DNA of 64,000 nt, taken from the NCBI GenBank assembly GCA_963745075.1, contig CAVUWV010000032.1:103485-167484 (forward strand), given 5' to 3'. Made by a program: the position numbers and the translations under genes. The stretch is from Candidatus Hydrogenedentota bacterium (lineage in GTDB: Bacteria > Hydrogenedentota > Hydrogenedentia > Hydrogenedentales > SLHB01). The notes under the pieces are model-generated. The model saw only the letters and a program-made list of their open reading frames with translations, had not been told where the DNA came from and did not search any database. Below are positions 1-10,720 of this stretch, piece after piece; the first letter of the stretch is position 1; each line of letters begins with the position of its first letter.

Positions 1-993
1 ATCAACGGCAAACGCGAAAAGGTCGAAGGCTACGTGACCGACCTCATCACGGATCACGCCGTGGACTTCATTAAGACGGACGATGACCGGCCCTTCTTCC
101 TGTATGTATCCCACAAGGCCGTGCACGCCGACTTCTATCCGCCCGAACGCCACAAAGGCCGTTACGCGGACAAGACGTTTCCGCATCCTGCCTCCATGGC
201 GAACACGGAAGAGAACTACAAGGGCAAACCCAAGTGGGTGCGCACGCAACGCGACAGTTGGCACGGGGTCGATGGCATGTACAACAAGCGTGTCGATTTC
301 GATCAGTTCACGCGCGACTACGCGGAGACCATGCTTTCCGTCGACGAAAGTGTCGGCCGTATCGTGGACACGCTGCGCGAACAGGGCCTGCTCGATTCGA
401 CCTTACTGCTCTTCACGTCGGACAACGGATTCCTCTTCGGCGAACACGGGCTCATCGACAAGCGGTGCATGTACGAACCGTCTATCCGCATCCCGGTCAT
501 CGCCGTATGCCCGGAACTGTTCGATGGTGGCCAGCGCAGGAAGGAAGTTATCGCCAACATCGACTTCGCGCCGACCTTCCTCGACTGCGCAGGTGTGCCC
601 ATTCCGGATTCGGTCCAGGGCCGCTCGTTCATGGACGTGCTTACCGGCACGGAACAGCACTGGCGCGATGGGCTGCTTTACGAATACTTCTGGGAACGGT
701 CCTTCCCGCAGACCCCGTCCATGCTGGGCGTGCGCACGGAAACGCACAAATACATCAAGTACCAGGGCATCTGGGACAAGTACGAGATCTACGATATCGA
801 GCACGACCCCGACGAGATGAACAACCTCCTCGGCGACTTCATCCAGCATGACGAAGCTGGCACGTTGGACAACTACATCCGCAACAACGCGCCCGAGGAC
901 ATCAAGGCCCTCTTTAACGATCTCGACGGGAAACTCGAGGCGTTGCTGAAGGAGACCGGCTGCCTGGCAGAACCGTCCTGGCGCGCGTGGTGA
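1..993 (+). CDS. Sulfatase (N-acetylglucosamine-6-sulfatase-like), 5'-truncated by the window edge
   Basis: Frame is open from base 1. Sulfatase motifs FFLYVSHKAVH, TSDNG..GEHGLIDKR, YEPSIRIP, NIDFAPT. Confidence 0.9.
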   Translation: MNGKREKVEGYVTDLITDHAVDFIKTDDDRPFFLYVSHKAVHADFYPPERHKGRYADKTFPHPASMANTEENYKGKPKWVRTQRDSWHGVDGMYNKRVDFDQFTRDYAETMLSVDESVGRIVDTLREQGLLDSTLLLFTSDNGFLFGEHGLIDKRCMYEPSIRIPVIAVCPELFDGGQRRKEVIANIDFAPTFLDCAGVPIPDSVQGRSFMDVLTGTEQHWRDGLLYEYFWERSFPQTPSMLGVRTETHKYIKYQGIWDKYEIYDIEHDPDEMNNLLGDFIQHDEAGTLDNYIRNNAPEDIKALFNDLDGKLEALLKETGCLAEPSWRAW

Positions 994-1006
994 GGACACG
1001 CACTTT

Positions 1007-1294
1007 ATGATCGTACAAATCGTCAGACTGAAATCTGAACTACCGGAGGACGAACTCCTTAGGATCGCCGAAGAACGCGAGCCGCAGTTCAAAGCGATCC
1101 CCGGACTTCTTCAAAAGTACTACGTCAAGATGGGTCCGCCCGGACACATTGGCGGGATCTATGTCTGGGATTCCGAGGAGTCGCTAAAGGCCTATCGAGC
1201 ATCGGATTTAGCGGCAAGCATTCCCGAAGCGTATAAAGTTGTCGAGGCGCCGGACGTTGAAACTCTGGAAGTTCTCTTTCAATTAAGAGACTGA
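1007..1294 (+). CDS. YdhR-like dimeric alpha-beta barrel putative monooxygenase
   Basis: 95 aa with IPGLLQKYY...GGIYVWDSEE pattern; GAGG RBS upstream. Confidence 0.7.
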   Translation: MIVQIVRLKSELPEDELLRIAEEREPQFKAIPGLLQKYYVKMGPPGHIGGIYVWDSEESLKAYRASDLAASIPEAYKVVEAPDVETLEVLFQLRD

Positions 1295-1369
1295 GCAGAG
1301 TGCTGGAGAGTCTCCAAAACAACGGACGAGTAGTTGCTGCGCTACATTCCGCGTCCCACACGCGCACGG

Positions 1370-2858
1370 CTACTCGTCCCGCGTGATGCTCGAGCAGTTG
1401 TCGTCAATACGGAAGACGGGCACCTCGGAGACCTGCTCGGTTTGGATGCCGTGAAACTCGGAGTCGTGCACGTCGTCGAGGACGAAACAGGGGCGCGCGT
1501 CTTCCTGCCGGATCGACACGTTGACGTTGTTCATGTGAAGGTCCTTGACGTGGCGGATGTAGAACCCGTGAGCAGGTAACACGCCGAACATGCGGTTCTC
1601 GGGATACTTCGTGGAGTTCTCCTCGACCACACGCTGCGCGTCCTCTTCCGTCCGGACCGGAAACCCGCCCAGGATTTCGATGTTCACGTCGTCGATGTAC
1701 AGCCGTTCGATGCAGTACCCGGGAATCCCCGTGATGGTGGACGTGTACGGCGTGTAGTTGTGTTGGGCCTCTTCTTCGTCACCGTATTTTTCCGCGTTGT
1801 TGACCGTGGCGTGGATGCCGCTGATGTGCACGTCGCGGATGGCGCCGTTGGCCGGTTTCGTTTCGACGCCGTTCGGGTAGACCGGACGGTTGCGGTCGCC
1901 CAGCTTGATGAAGATGGGCGTTTCGACCACGTCCATCTCGATGTTGCGTACGATGACGTTTTGCATGAGCCCGCCGTCGACCAGTTCCAGCGCGATCCCC
2001 GCGATGCCCGTCTGCCAGATGCGGTTGTTTTCGATGAGGATGTTCTGGAACCCGCCGGAGGAATCCGTGCCCGCCTTGATGCCGTTGCACAGGCTGCGCA
2101 CCGTGTTGTTCCGGATCACGACGTTCTTGCAGCCTTCCTCCGTGTACCCTTTCAGGCAAATGCCGTCGTCGAGGGCGTTGATGTCGCAGTTCTCGACCAG
2201 CGCGTTTTCGCAATCGATGATGTTGCAGCCGTCGTTGTTGCGGAAGGTGCTGTCCCGGACCGTGATCCCGTCCACATGGACGTTTTTGCACTTCGTGTAG
2301 GTCTCGGTCCAGAACCCCGACGATGTAAAGGTCACGCCCCGGACCAGTCACGTTCGTGCATTCGTCAAACCAGATCAGGCAAGGCCGATGCTTCCCTGCC
2401 CGGCCCTCTTCCATGAAATCGTTCGGACTCTGTGCTGTTCCCGTTCAACGTCCCCGTGCCGGTCACCGAGATGTCGTTTGCACCCTGCGCGAAGAGCAGG
2501 CTCGTGAGCAGATACTTGTCGTACCGCACTTTCGTCCGGGGTTCGTGATGCGGGTAATCGCGCATCCACGGACTGCCCAGCAGCACCGCATCCGCGTCGA
2601 GATGGAGTTCGACCCCGCTCTTAAGCGTCACGCCGCCAGTAAGAAACGTCCCCGCCGGCACCACAACCCGTCCCCCACCCGATTCCGCGCACGCGTCAAT
2701 CGCCGCCTGGATCGCCGCGCTGCACAACGCCTCGCCCCCCGCCACCGCGCCGTAGTCGAGGATATTGAAATCCTTCGCGAAAGCATTCGTGCCCGCCATG
2801 AGTGATCACACCAAACCGACTGCCGCTACCCAACACCCCTGCACCCAAGCCGATTCAT
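1370..2858 (-). CDS. Glycoside hydrolase family 28 / pectin-lyase-fold protein, split by several frameshifts
   Basis: N-terminal part FNILDYGAVAGG..AIQAAIDAC..VVVPAGTFLTG (2365-2799), bridge RPCLIWFDECTNV, C-terminal part NNDG..DDGICLK (1370-2335). GGAGG RBS precedes an ATG near 2858; start is uncertain. Confidence 0.8.
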
Positions 2859-3204
2859 TCCGGTCCTCCGTGTTATTTCCGTGGCTTGAGCGTCCTCACC
2901 CAAGTCTTCAAGACCTTGGCACCCGCTCCAACTGTATTCGAGTATTCCCTTGTACATGATCCCCTGGCGAAAGGGAAAACGCGTTCGTACACCGGGACAC
3001 AATCAACCACGCGTCATTGAATCAAACGGCAGAGCGCGATACCATACGGTTCGGTGCAATTCTCCGGAATCGTTGCGAGATTTTCGTGGAGCTGAGAGAC
3101 GCTAACGCGTAATTCGGCGATAGGAAGAATTCCCCCCAGACTTGGCGCGGCCTGCTCAGACGCTGGTGATTCGAGCCGTCGCATTGCGGCAAGGAGATGG
3201 AATC

Positions 3205-4738
3205 GTGGCAGTGACGGCTTCCCAATCGAGTGGCGCGGTGGCGGCGTATCTGGCCAAGGTGGAACCGGACCAGATCGACCCCGGTTTCCTGGGGTATCTG
3301 GCGAACCTGAGCGCGGTGGCGGCGGTGGCGCCGCTGGTCGCGAAGGAGATCGTGCAGGAACTGGCCGATCAACGGAGCTACCTCAAGCTCATCGCCAGCG
3401 AGAACTATTGCTCGCTCGCCACGCAGCTCGCCATGGGCAACCTGCTCACGGACAAGTACGCGGAAGGGTTCCCCCACTCGCGCTTTTACGAAGGCTGCGA
3501 CAACGTCGACGAGATCGAAGCCTACGCCTGCGAACAGGCCTGCAAACTCTTCGGCTGCGAGCACGCCTACGTGCAGCCCCACAGCGGCGCGGACGCGAAC
3601 ATGGTCGCCTTCTGGGGCATCCTGCAGGCGCGCGTCGCGGTGCCGGCGTTGGAAGAACTGGGCGTGAAGGATCCGGGCGCGCTGTCCCACGAGGATTGGG
3701 AGACGCTGCGCCAGAAGCTGGGCAACCAGCGCCTGCTGGGCTTGAACCTCGCCGCGGGCGGCCACCTCACCCACGGCTACCGCCACAACGTCTCGGGCAA
3801 AATGTTCGACGCCTACGCCTACGGCGTGAACGAGGATACCTTCCTCCTCGATTACGACGCCATCGAGAAACAGGCGGAGGACGTAAGCCGCTGATCCTGC
3901 TCGCGGGCTACAGCGCCTATCCGCGCGCCATCGATTTCAAGCGCATGCGCGCCATCGCCGACAAGGTCGGCGCGGTGCTCATGGTGGACATGGCCCACTT
4001 CGCGGGGCTCGTCGCGGGCGGCGTGTTCACCGGCGACCACAGTCCCTTCCCCCACGCCCAAGTAGTCACGTCGACGACCCACAAGACCCTGCGCGGACCG
4101 CGCGGCGGCATCATGCTTGTCGACGAAGGAATTCGGCCAGTACATGGACAAGGGCTGCCCCATGGTGCTCGGCGGACCGCTGCCGCACATCATGGCGGCC
4201 AAGGCCATCGCGTTGACCGAAGCCAACCGGCCCGAGTTCAAGGACTATACGAAGCAGATCGTCACGAATTGCCAGGCCCTCGCACAGGCCTGCGTCGACG
4301 AAGGCATGAGCGTCGTCTCCGGCGGCACGGACAACCATCTCATGCTCATCGACGTGACGACCTTCGGCCTCACCGGCCGCCAGGGCGCCAGCGCCTTGCG
4401 CGACTGCGGCATCACGCTCAACAAAAACGCCATCCCCTTCGACAAGAACTCGCCCGATGATCACCAGCGGCATGCGCCTCGGCACGCCCGCCGTGACGAC
4501 CCTCGGCATGGGCGTCGAGGAGATGAAGGAGATCGCCGCCATCATCAAGCTCGCCCTCAGCAATACGAAAGCGGGGGTCGTCGAGTCCGGCAAAAACGCG
4601 GGCAAACCCAGCAAGATCAATTACGTGCTGGACGAAAAGGCCCACCAGGAAGGCAAGGCCCGCGTGAAAGCGCTACTGGATAGATTCCCCGTCTACCCGG
4701 AACTGGACCTGGCGCTGTTGCAGGAGTATTTCGGGTAG
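3205..4738 (+). CDS. glyA: Serine hydroxymethyltransferase, three frameshifts (~3885, ~4117, ~4455)
   Basis: [47 protein letters not shown] and SGMRLGTPA occur in order across successive frames; AAGGAG RBS before GTG at 3205. Confidence 0.93.
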
Positions 4739-4763
4739 GGCTGCGGCGCAAACTCTTTTGGAA

Positions 4764-4845
4764 ATGGGACTCATGGGACCGATGCGACCTATGGGACGGA
4801 AATTCGCGTTGAATCTATACGTCTCGTAGGGCTTATTGGTTCCAT
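4764..4845. repeat. 9-bp-period array (4 x ATGGGACnn) with a degenerate inverted partner
   Basis: atgggactc/atgggaccg/atgcgacct/atgggacgg at 4764-4799; inverted degenerate units at 4819-4845. Confidence 0.75.
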
Positions 4846-4895
4846 TGGCATTTCGACCTTTGCCGCAACTTGCCGATTGCCCCGCAGATTCACTC

Positions 4896-4924
4896 TTGAC
4901 AGATTCTTGCATTGCCAGCACAAT
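4896..4924 (+). promoter_or_regulatory. Sigma70-like promoter
   Basis: TTGACA-N17-CACAAT upstream of the ATG at 4952. Confidence 0.55.
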
Positions 4925-4951
4925 AGCCTTGGGTCGGGGACAAGGAGAGTT

Positions 4952-5443
4952 ATGGCATCATACCTGCGCACCAAGCGCCGTAAGGCCGGGTTGCCGGAGT
5001 TTTTGCTTGTATTCGCGATGATCGCGGCGATCGTGCCTTTGACGGTCGTCTGGTACAGCCTTAACCAGCCCGACTGGCCCGCCGCGGGGGGGTGGGTCCT
5101 CTCCGGCAAAATCGTCAACACCCACTACAACGCCCCCGACTACAAGCAGAAGGTCACCGTTGACTACGAGTACCTCATCGGCGGCGCTAACTACAAAGGC
5201 GAATTCGTCGGCCTCTGGCCCGACGTCGGCAGTCCCAACGCGCTCCCTCCCAGCGAACTCGAAAAGATTACGCAGAAAGGCTACCCCCTCACCGTCTTCT
5301 ACGACCCCGACGACCCCACCCGCAGCCGCCTCCACACCCGCGGCCACGACGATCAGCTCAGTTTGATTCTGATCGCCGGTTGTTGCGTGGTCTTAGCGGG
5401 GGTGTATGCGTTTGTCGTATACCCCGCCTGGCGGAGCCGGTGA
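4952..5443 (+). CDS. DUF3592-like two-TM membrane protein
   Basis: N- and C-terminal TM helices, V.YEY.IGG..Y and TVFYDPDDPTRSRL motifs; GGAG RBS. Confidence 0.7.
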   Translation: MASYLRTKRRKAGLPEFLLVFAMIAAIVPLTVVWYSLNQPDWPAAGGWVLSGKIVNTHYNAPDYKQKVTVDYEYLIGGANYKGEFVGLWPDVGSPNALPPSELEKITQKGYPLTVFYDPDDPTRSRLHTRGHDDQLSLILIAGCCVVLAGVYAFVVYPAWRSR

Positions 5444-5465
5444 AGTGTGATGACGCACCCTCCCC

Positions 5466-5972
5466 ATCGTACTCGCTCTCGTACGCGTACTCGTACTCGA
5501 ATCCAAGGAGAGGTGCAGCATGCCAACCTTTGACCACGAGAAACTCGATGTGTACCGAGTCAGCCTCGAATTCGTCCGATTCGCACACCAAGTTTGCGAC
5601 AAACTACAAGCTAACCATCGTGCCGCAAAAGATCAGTTACTACGAGCAAGTATATCCATCCCACTGAACATTGCCGAAGGAAACGGAAAACGACCGACTG
5701 CGGACCGTAAACGATTCCTGGAGATTGCGCGCGGGTCGGCGACAGAGTGTGCCGCGATTCTCGATGTGCTGCGCGCCACGGGCGGGTGCACTGATGAGCA
5801 CGTTGACGAAGGAAAGGCAATGCTCGTGCGAATCGTGGCTATGCTGACGAAGATGATAAATATGGATCAGGTTCGGGAAGACGACACCGAGTATGGTTCG
5901 GACGCCGACCGTACCACCGAATGATCGCGAGCACGTTTCGAGTACGAGTACGCGTACGAGAGCGAGTACGAT
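5466..5972. repeat. Perfect 36-bp inverted repeat pair (5466-5501 / 5937-5972) of hexamer-like units enclosing one gene
   Basis: ATCGTACTCGCTCTCGTACGCGTACTCGTACTCGAA is the exact reverse complement of TTCGAGTACGAGTACGCGTACGAGAGCGAGTACGAT. Confidence 0.95.
5520..5924 (+). CDS. Four-helix-bundle protein (23S rRNA IVS-protein / TIGR02436-like)
   Basis: FDHEKLDVY...[17 protein letters not shown]...[13 protein letters not shown] signature; AAGGAG RBS. Confidence 0.9.
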   Translation: MPTFDHEKLDVYRVSLEFVRFAHQVCDKLQANHRAAKDQLLRASISIPLNIAEGNGKRPTADRKRFLEIARGSATECAAILDVLRATGGCTDEHVDEGKAMLVRIVAMLTKMINMDQVREDDTEYGSDADRTTE

Positions 5973-5987
5973 TCGGAGATCCCCTCG

Positions 5988-7767
5988 CTACTTCTCCGTC
6001 TTCGGCGGGTACTTGATTTGGAGATGCAGCTCTTGGAGCTGCCTCTCCGTGACCTCGCTGGGCGCGCCCATCAACAAGTCCTGCGCTTTCTGCGTCAGCG
6101 GGAACGCAATGACCTCGCGGATGTTGGGCTCGTCGGCGAGTAGCATGACGATGCGGTCGAAACCCGGGCGCGATCCCTCCGTGAGGAGGGGCCCCGTAAT
6201 GGAAGGCGTTCCACAACGCCGGGAACTTTGACTTCACTGTGTCCTCGGGATACCCCGCGATTTCAAAGGCCTTCAGCATGATCTCGGGCCGGTGGTTACG
6301 GATGGCCCCCGACGACAACTCGATCCCGTTGCACACTACGTCATACTGGAACGCGAGCACGTCGAGGGGATCCCCCAGCAGCGCTTCCAATCCACCCTGC
6401 GGCATCGAGAAAGGGTTGTGCGAAAAATCGACCTTCTTCTCATCCTCGTTCCACTCGAACATGGGAAAGTCGACCACCCAACAGAAGGCGGCGAGGTTGT
6501 TGTCAACGATGCCAAGCGCATTCGCGAGGTAGACGCGAACCTTCCCGAGGAGAGCATTCGTCTCCGCGCGGTCGCCGGCGCCGAAGAAGAGGGCGTCGCC
6601 TTCGCGCGCGGCCGTGCGATCGATGAGGGCTTTCCGTTCGGCCTCGCTCAAGAACTTGACGATGGGACCCTTGAGTTCGCCGTCGCGCAGCGCGATCCAG
6701 GCGAGCCCTTTCGCGCCTTCGCCCTTGGCGAAGGATTCCGCGTCGTCGAAGAACTTGCGGGACTGCGTGGCCACGCCTTTCGCATTGATGACTTTCACCG
6801 CGCCCTTGCTCTTCACGGCGTTCGCGAAAACCTTGAACTCGCTGTCGCCGAAGATATCCGTCGCGTCGATCATTTCGAGCCCGAAACGGATATCGGGCTT
6901 GTCCGTGCCGTACTTCTCCATGGCGTCGCGATAGGGAATCCGCGGGAAGGGATTTGCCTGGATGGTCTTGTCCGACAACTCGCTGAACAGGCGCACGAGC
7001 AGCAACTCGATCTCGTGGAAGAGATCGTCCTGCGTGATATATGACATCTCGATATCGATTTGATAGAACTCGCCGGGGCTGCGGTCCGCGCGGCTGTCTT
7101 CATCGCGGAAACAGGGCGCGATCTGAAAGTACTTGTCGAAGCCCGAAATCATCAGCAACTGTTTGAACTGCTGCGGCGCTTGGGGCAGCGCATAAAACTC
7201 GCCGGGATACAACCGGCTCGGAACAAGGTAGTCCCGCGCGCCTTCCGGCGACGAACTGGTCAGGATTGGCGTGTGATACTCCGTGAACCCGCGCTCGGTG
7301 AGGTGTGCGCGGGTAAGTTGCGCGGTCTGCGAACGAAGCAGGATGTTGCGGTGCAACCGTTCCCGCCGTAGATCGAGGAATCGATGGGCAAGCCGCGTTT
7401 CTTCGGGATACTCCAATTCCTGGTTGATCGGAAACGGCAGTTGTTCCGCGATGGACTCGACATGGAAACTCGCGGCGACCACTTCAATTTCGCCCGTGTC
7501 GAGATTCGGGTTGATCGTCTCCGCCGTACGCGCGACAACCTTGCCGTCCACGCGAATGACGCTTTCGGACCGCACCTGCTCGGCTTCGGCAAAGAACGGT
7601 TGATCCGGATTCACGACCACCTGCGTGAGGCCGTAGTGATCGCGTAGATCGATAAAGATCACGCCGCCGTGGTCGCGTTTCCGGTGAACCCAGCCCGACA
7701 GGCGGACCTCGTTGTCCACGTCCGCGGGACGCAGTTCACCACAGGTATGCGTGCGAAAGGGATGCAT
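5988..7767 (-). CDS. aspS: Aspartate-tRNA ligase, probably non-discriminating Asp/Asn type; frameshift near 6162
   Basis: [44 protein letters not shown]. After a one-base correction it reads [21 protein letters not shown] with TAG at 5988-5990. Confidence 0.95.
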
Positions 7768-7817
7768 TGCCGTATCTCCAGAGCGGGTACTGATTTCGCG
7801 CCGTAGTTAAACGCCGG

Positions 7818-7846
7818 ATCGTAGCGGTTGACGGGGCGATTGTCAA
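7818..7846 (-). promoter_or_regulatory. Sigma70-like promoter of aspS
   Basis: Minus strand TTGACA-N17-TACGAT. Confidence 0.6.
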
Positions 7847-7934
7847 ATTGTTGGAGCAAAGCGCAGCCCTGCGCTCGTGGAATATGGGCTGGCACTACCG
7901 CCCGATCCAGGGCGGCACGCGCGGATATGGAGCA

Positions 7935-7970
7935 CCGGCCGATCGGAGGGATAGGTCCGATCGGTCCGAT
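7935..7970 (-). repeat. 9-bp-period array (4 units, ATCGGACCn)
   Basis: ccggccgat/cggagggat/aggtccgat/cggtccgat; resembles the array at 4764. Confidence 0.65.
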
Positions 7971-8079
7971 CCAACCAACAAGTTGCCTCCGGCGGATTGC
8001 CGGATCTGCCGCGCGGTGCTATGATTGCACCGGGGCGTCTCGGGCCAAAACCGCATTGGTCTAAAGGGGGAATTCTGCC

Positions 8080-9561
8080 ATGAGTACTCACGCCCACACC
8101 CATTGTTCCGGCTGTCTGATGTCCCGCCGCTGTTTTCTGGGCGCCATGTCCGTCGCGGCGGCAGCCGGCCCGGCTGTTTCCACTGTCGCTGCGGCGCCGG
8201 AGCCCGGTAAACTCAGCGAACACGTCGACCTCTCTGAGTTCCGGCCCAAACCGGAGGTCGTGGTTTACGGAGCGGTCGTGCGCCAGGCGCCGCCCTACTG
8301 GCTGGGTTGGCCCGGTACGGCGTACGACGTGGAGGGGCGCCGCAAGGAGTACACCCAAGGCGCGGCGGACGCCGCGCAGCGGCTGGGGATCACCTTGTCC
8401 CAAGTGGAATCGCCACTCGAATCGGACGAGGCGGTGGACGGTTTCGTGCGTATGGTTTCCGCCGATGAGCCCGACGCGGTCCTCCTCGTCCTGCAACACT
8501 TCGCGGTATGGGGGCAGGTCGAGAAGATCGCGAAGGCCGGCGTTCCCACGATCGTCTTCGCCCCGATCGGGATGGCCTTCACCGGCCACGTCCTCGAGAT
8601 TTCGCGCCAGCCCGGTGTGCATGTCATTTCATCCCTCGAGATGGGAGCCGTGGAACAAGCGTTGCGCATGGTACGCGCCCGCAAACAATTGGCCACGTCC
8701 CGGCTGCTGGTCCTGGCCGGCACCGAGCGCAAAGACGAAGCCATCGAAGTCGTTACCCATGTGCTGCGTATCCCGCTCGATTCTCTGCACGAGACTTTCG
8801 AAAGGATGCCCGTCAACGACGAGGTCCACGAGGTCGCCAAGATCATGCGACGAGGCGCCCAGGATATCGTCGAGCCCACCCCGGACGATCTGCTGAACTC
8901 GGCCCGTACCTTTGTCACGGCGAAGCGCCTGTTGAAGGACGAGGAGTGCAACGGGGTAACCTCGGACTGTCTCGGCATGGTGTCGTCCCGCGTTGTACCG
9001 ACGCCGCCATGCATGGCGGCGACCTTGTTCCAGGACGCGGGCGTCACGTACGGATGCGAGGCGGACGTGTTCGGCGCGCTGTCGCTGATGCTGACGAGTT
9101 ATCTCCTCGACCGGCCCGGATTCATGAACGACCCGGTCCCGGAAACCTATAAGAACGTGCTTATCGCCGCTCACTGCACCTCGGGCACGCGGCTCAACGG
9201 CTTCCGGGAAGCCCCGGAACCGTATATCCTGCGGTCCCATTCGGAGTCGAACCTCGGGGTCGCGACGCAGGTGCTGTGGCGTGAAGGGCAAAAAGTGACG
9301 CTGGTGCGCTTTACCAACGGCAAGGAGATGATCGTCGACACGGGTACCGTGGTGAGCAACGTCAGCACACCGCCTGCCGGCGGGTGCCGGACGAGCTTCG
9401 AAATTGCCATGGACCGGATTGAAGACGTGCGCGACGTGAAGGGGTTCCATCAGGTCGTGTCTTACGGTGATCACCGCCGCGACGTGGAGGCCTTCTGCCA
9501 GATGTACGGCATCAAGGTGGTCCGTTCCCCGGCACAGCCGCCGGAACCCGAGACGGCGTAA
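8080..9561 (+). CDS. Tat-exported L-fucose/L-arabinose-isomerase-like hypothetical protein
   Basis: SRRCFL twin-arginine signal; DCL, PC, GCEAD, AHCT, CRT and GFHQV motifs resembling the fucose-isomerase fold. Confidence 0.65.
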   Translation: MSTHAHTHCSGCLMSRRCFLGAMSVAAAAGPAVSTVAAAPEPGKLSEHVDLSEFRPKPEVVVYGAVVRQAPPYWLGWPGTAYDVEGRRKEYTQGAADAAQRLGITLSQVESPLESDEAVDGFVRMVSADEPDAVLLVLQHFAVWGQVEKIAKAGVPTIVFAPIGMAFTGHVLEISRQPGVHVISSLEMGAVEQALRMVRARKQLATSRLLVLAGTERKDEAIEVVTHVLRIPLDSLHETFERMPVNDEVHEVAKIMRRGAQDIVEPTPDDLLNSARTFVTAKRLLKDEECNGVTSDCLGMVSSRVVPTPPCMAATLFQDAGVTYGCEADVFGALSLMLTSYLLDRPGFMNDPVPETYKNVLIAAHCTSGTRLNGFREAPEPYILRSHSESNLGVATQVLWREGQKVTLVRFTNGKEMIVDTGTVVSNVSTPPAGGCRTSFEIAMDRIEDVRDVKGFHQVVSYGDHRRDVEAFCQMYGIKVVRSPAQPPEPETA

Positions 9562-9571
9562 GTCCGCTCGC

Positions 9572-9607
9572 CTCGCCGGGCGCGGAATGCTTGCCGCGCT
9601 CGGCGAG
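9572..9607. terminator. Hairpin between convergent genes
   Basis: ctcgccgggcgcgg...ccgcgctcggcgag stem; no strong U-tract. Confidence 0.5.
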
Positions 9608-9634
9608 CACGGCACTACGAGGGGGCGCGCTCGC

Positions 9635-10720
9635 CTACTTCACGATATCCGTCTTCAAGAGTTTGTAGATTCCGGAGTCGATCCCGACGAGCATTTCGCT
9701 TCCTTCCGGCGTGGATTCTTGCATGACTTCGAGAGATCGCATGTACACGTACAACTCCGGGTTCGACCCAAAGGCCTCGGCGAAGATATGGATGGCTTCC
9801 GCATCGCCTTCACCGCGCAATTTCGCTGCGTCACGCTCGGCGTTCGCCAGGATGACTTGCACCCTCCGGTCCGTGGTGCCTTCGATGATGTCCGCCTGTT
9901 TCTGCCCTTCGCTGCGATAGGCTTTGGAGATTCGCGAACGTTCGGCCTGCATACGGCCGTAGACCGCTTCAAAGTTTTCCGGCAGCAGGTCGGCCCGCTT
10001 GATGCGCACATCGATCACGCGGATGCCGTACTGCGCTTTCGCGCGCGCATCGGCCTGGGCCGTCACCGCGTTCATGATCTTCTCGCGACCTTGGGTGATG
10101 CGCTCCTTCATGGGATTGTCCATCACCATGTCCTCCATGTCCTCAAGGCCTTCCTCCGCCGTTTCCATGGGACGGTCGACGTAGTCGTTGGTCGTGCGAA
10201 TGACTTCCGTCAGATTGTTCTGTCCCAGCTCCTCGCGCACCGCGGAATAGATGACGTTGTCCAAGGCGCCTTTCGCGGCGGTCGTGGTGCGTACGCTGAT
10301 GCGGAACAACAGCGGATTCTCGATTCTCCACCGTGCGAAGTTGTCCACGATAAGTGTCTTCTTGTCCGCCAGTACCACGGCTTCGGGTTCCGCATCGTAC
10401 GTTTTCAGTACGTCCGGAAACCGCTCGACGGTATCGACAAAGGGGAGCTTGAAATACAGTCCCGCACCGCGGCTGACCTTCAGCGATTCGGTATCGACCT
10501 CCGTTTCGGAACGGGCGGCGGTTTGCATGATCGCCTGGCGGACATTCTCATACTCATCGTCCGGCATATCGCCGACGATGATGAGAATGGGTTTGGCGAG
10601 CCGCGTCACGACCGCCTGCTCGCGTTCGTGCACGATAAAGGTGCACGTTTTCCCCGCGATGGCGCCCACGATGAGTACGATGGCCAGAATAGTCAGTAAG
10701 GATCCGGCAGTTTTCAACAT
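9635..10720 (-). CDS. hflC: FtsH protease modulator HflC
   Basis: GLYFKLPF, DKKTLIVDNFARWRI, DVRIKRADL, RMQAER, GEGDAEA; follows hflK. Confidence 0.93.
   Translation of the reverse strand: MLKTAGSLLTILAIVLIVGAIAGKTCTFIVHEREQAVVTRLAKPILIIVGDMPDDEYENVRQAIMQTAARSETEVDTESLKVSRGAGLYFKLPFVDTVERFPDVLKTYDAEPEAVVLADKKTLIVDNFARWRIENPLLFRISVRTTTAAKGALDNVIYSAVREELGQNNLTEVIRTTNDYVDRPMETAEEGLEDMEDMVMDNPMKERITQGREKIMNAVTAQADARAKAQYGIRVIDVRIKRADLLPENFEAVYGRMQAERSRISKAYRSEGQKQADIIEGTTDRRVQVILANAERDAAKLRGEGDAEAIHIFAEAFGSNPELYVYMRSLEVMQESTPEGSEMLVGIDSGIYKLLKTDIVK

Noticed and set aside
3020..3200. Possible ZTP or glycine riboswitch before glyA
   Set aside because: Only short partial matches; the conserved cores are not present.
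5520..5924. Diversity-generating retroelement suggested by the Avd-like fold
   Set aside because: No reverse transcriptase or TR/VR pair recognised in the window.
5839..5987. AspS C-terminal extension with [11 protein letters not shown] overlapping the four-helix-bundle gene
   Set aside because: Produced by the frameshift near 6162; the corrected frame stops at 5988 and the Arg-Thr run is the translated inverted-repeat arm.
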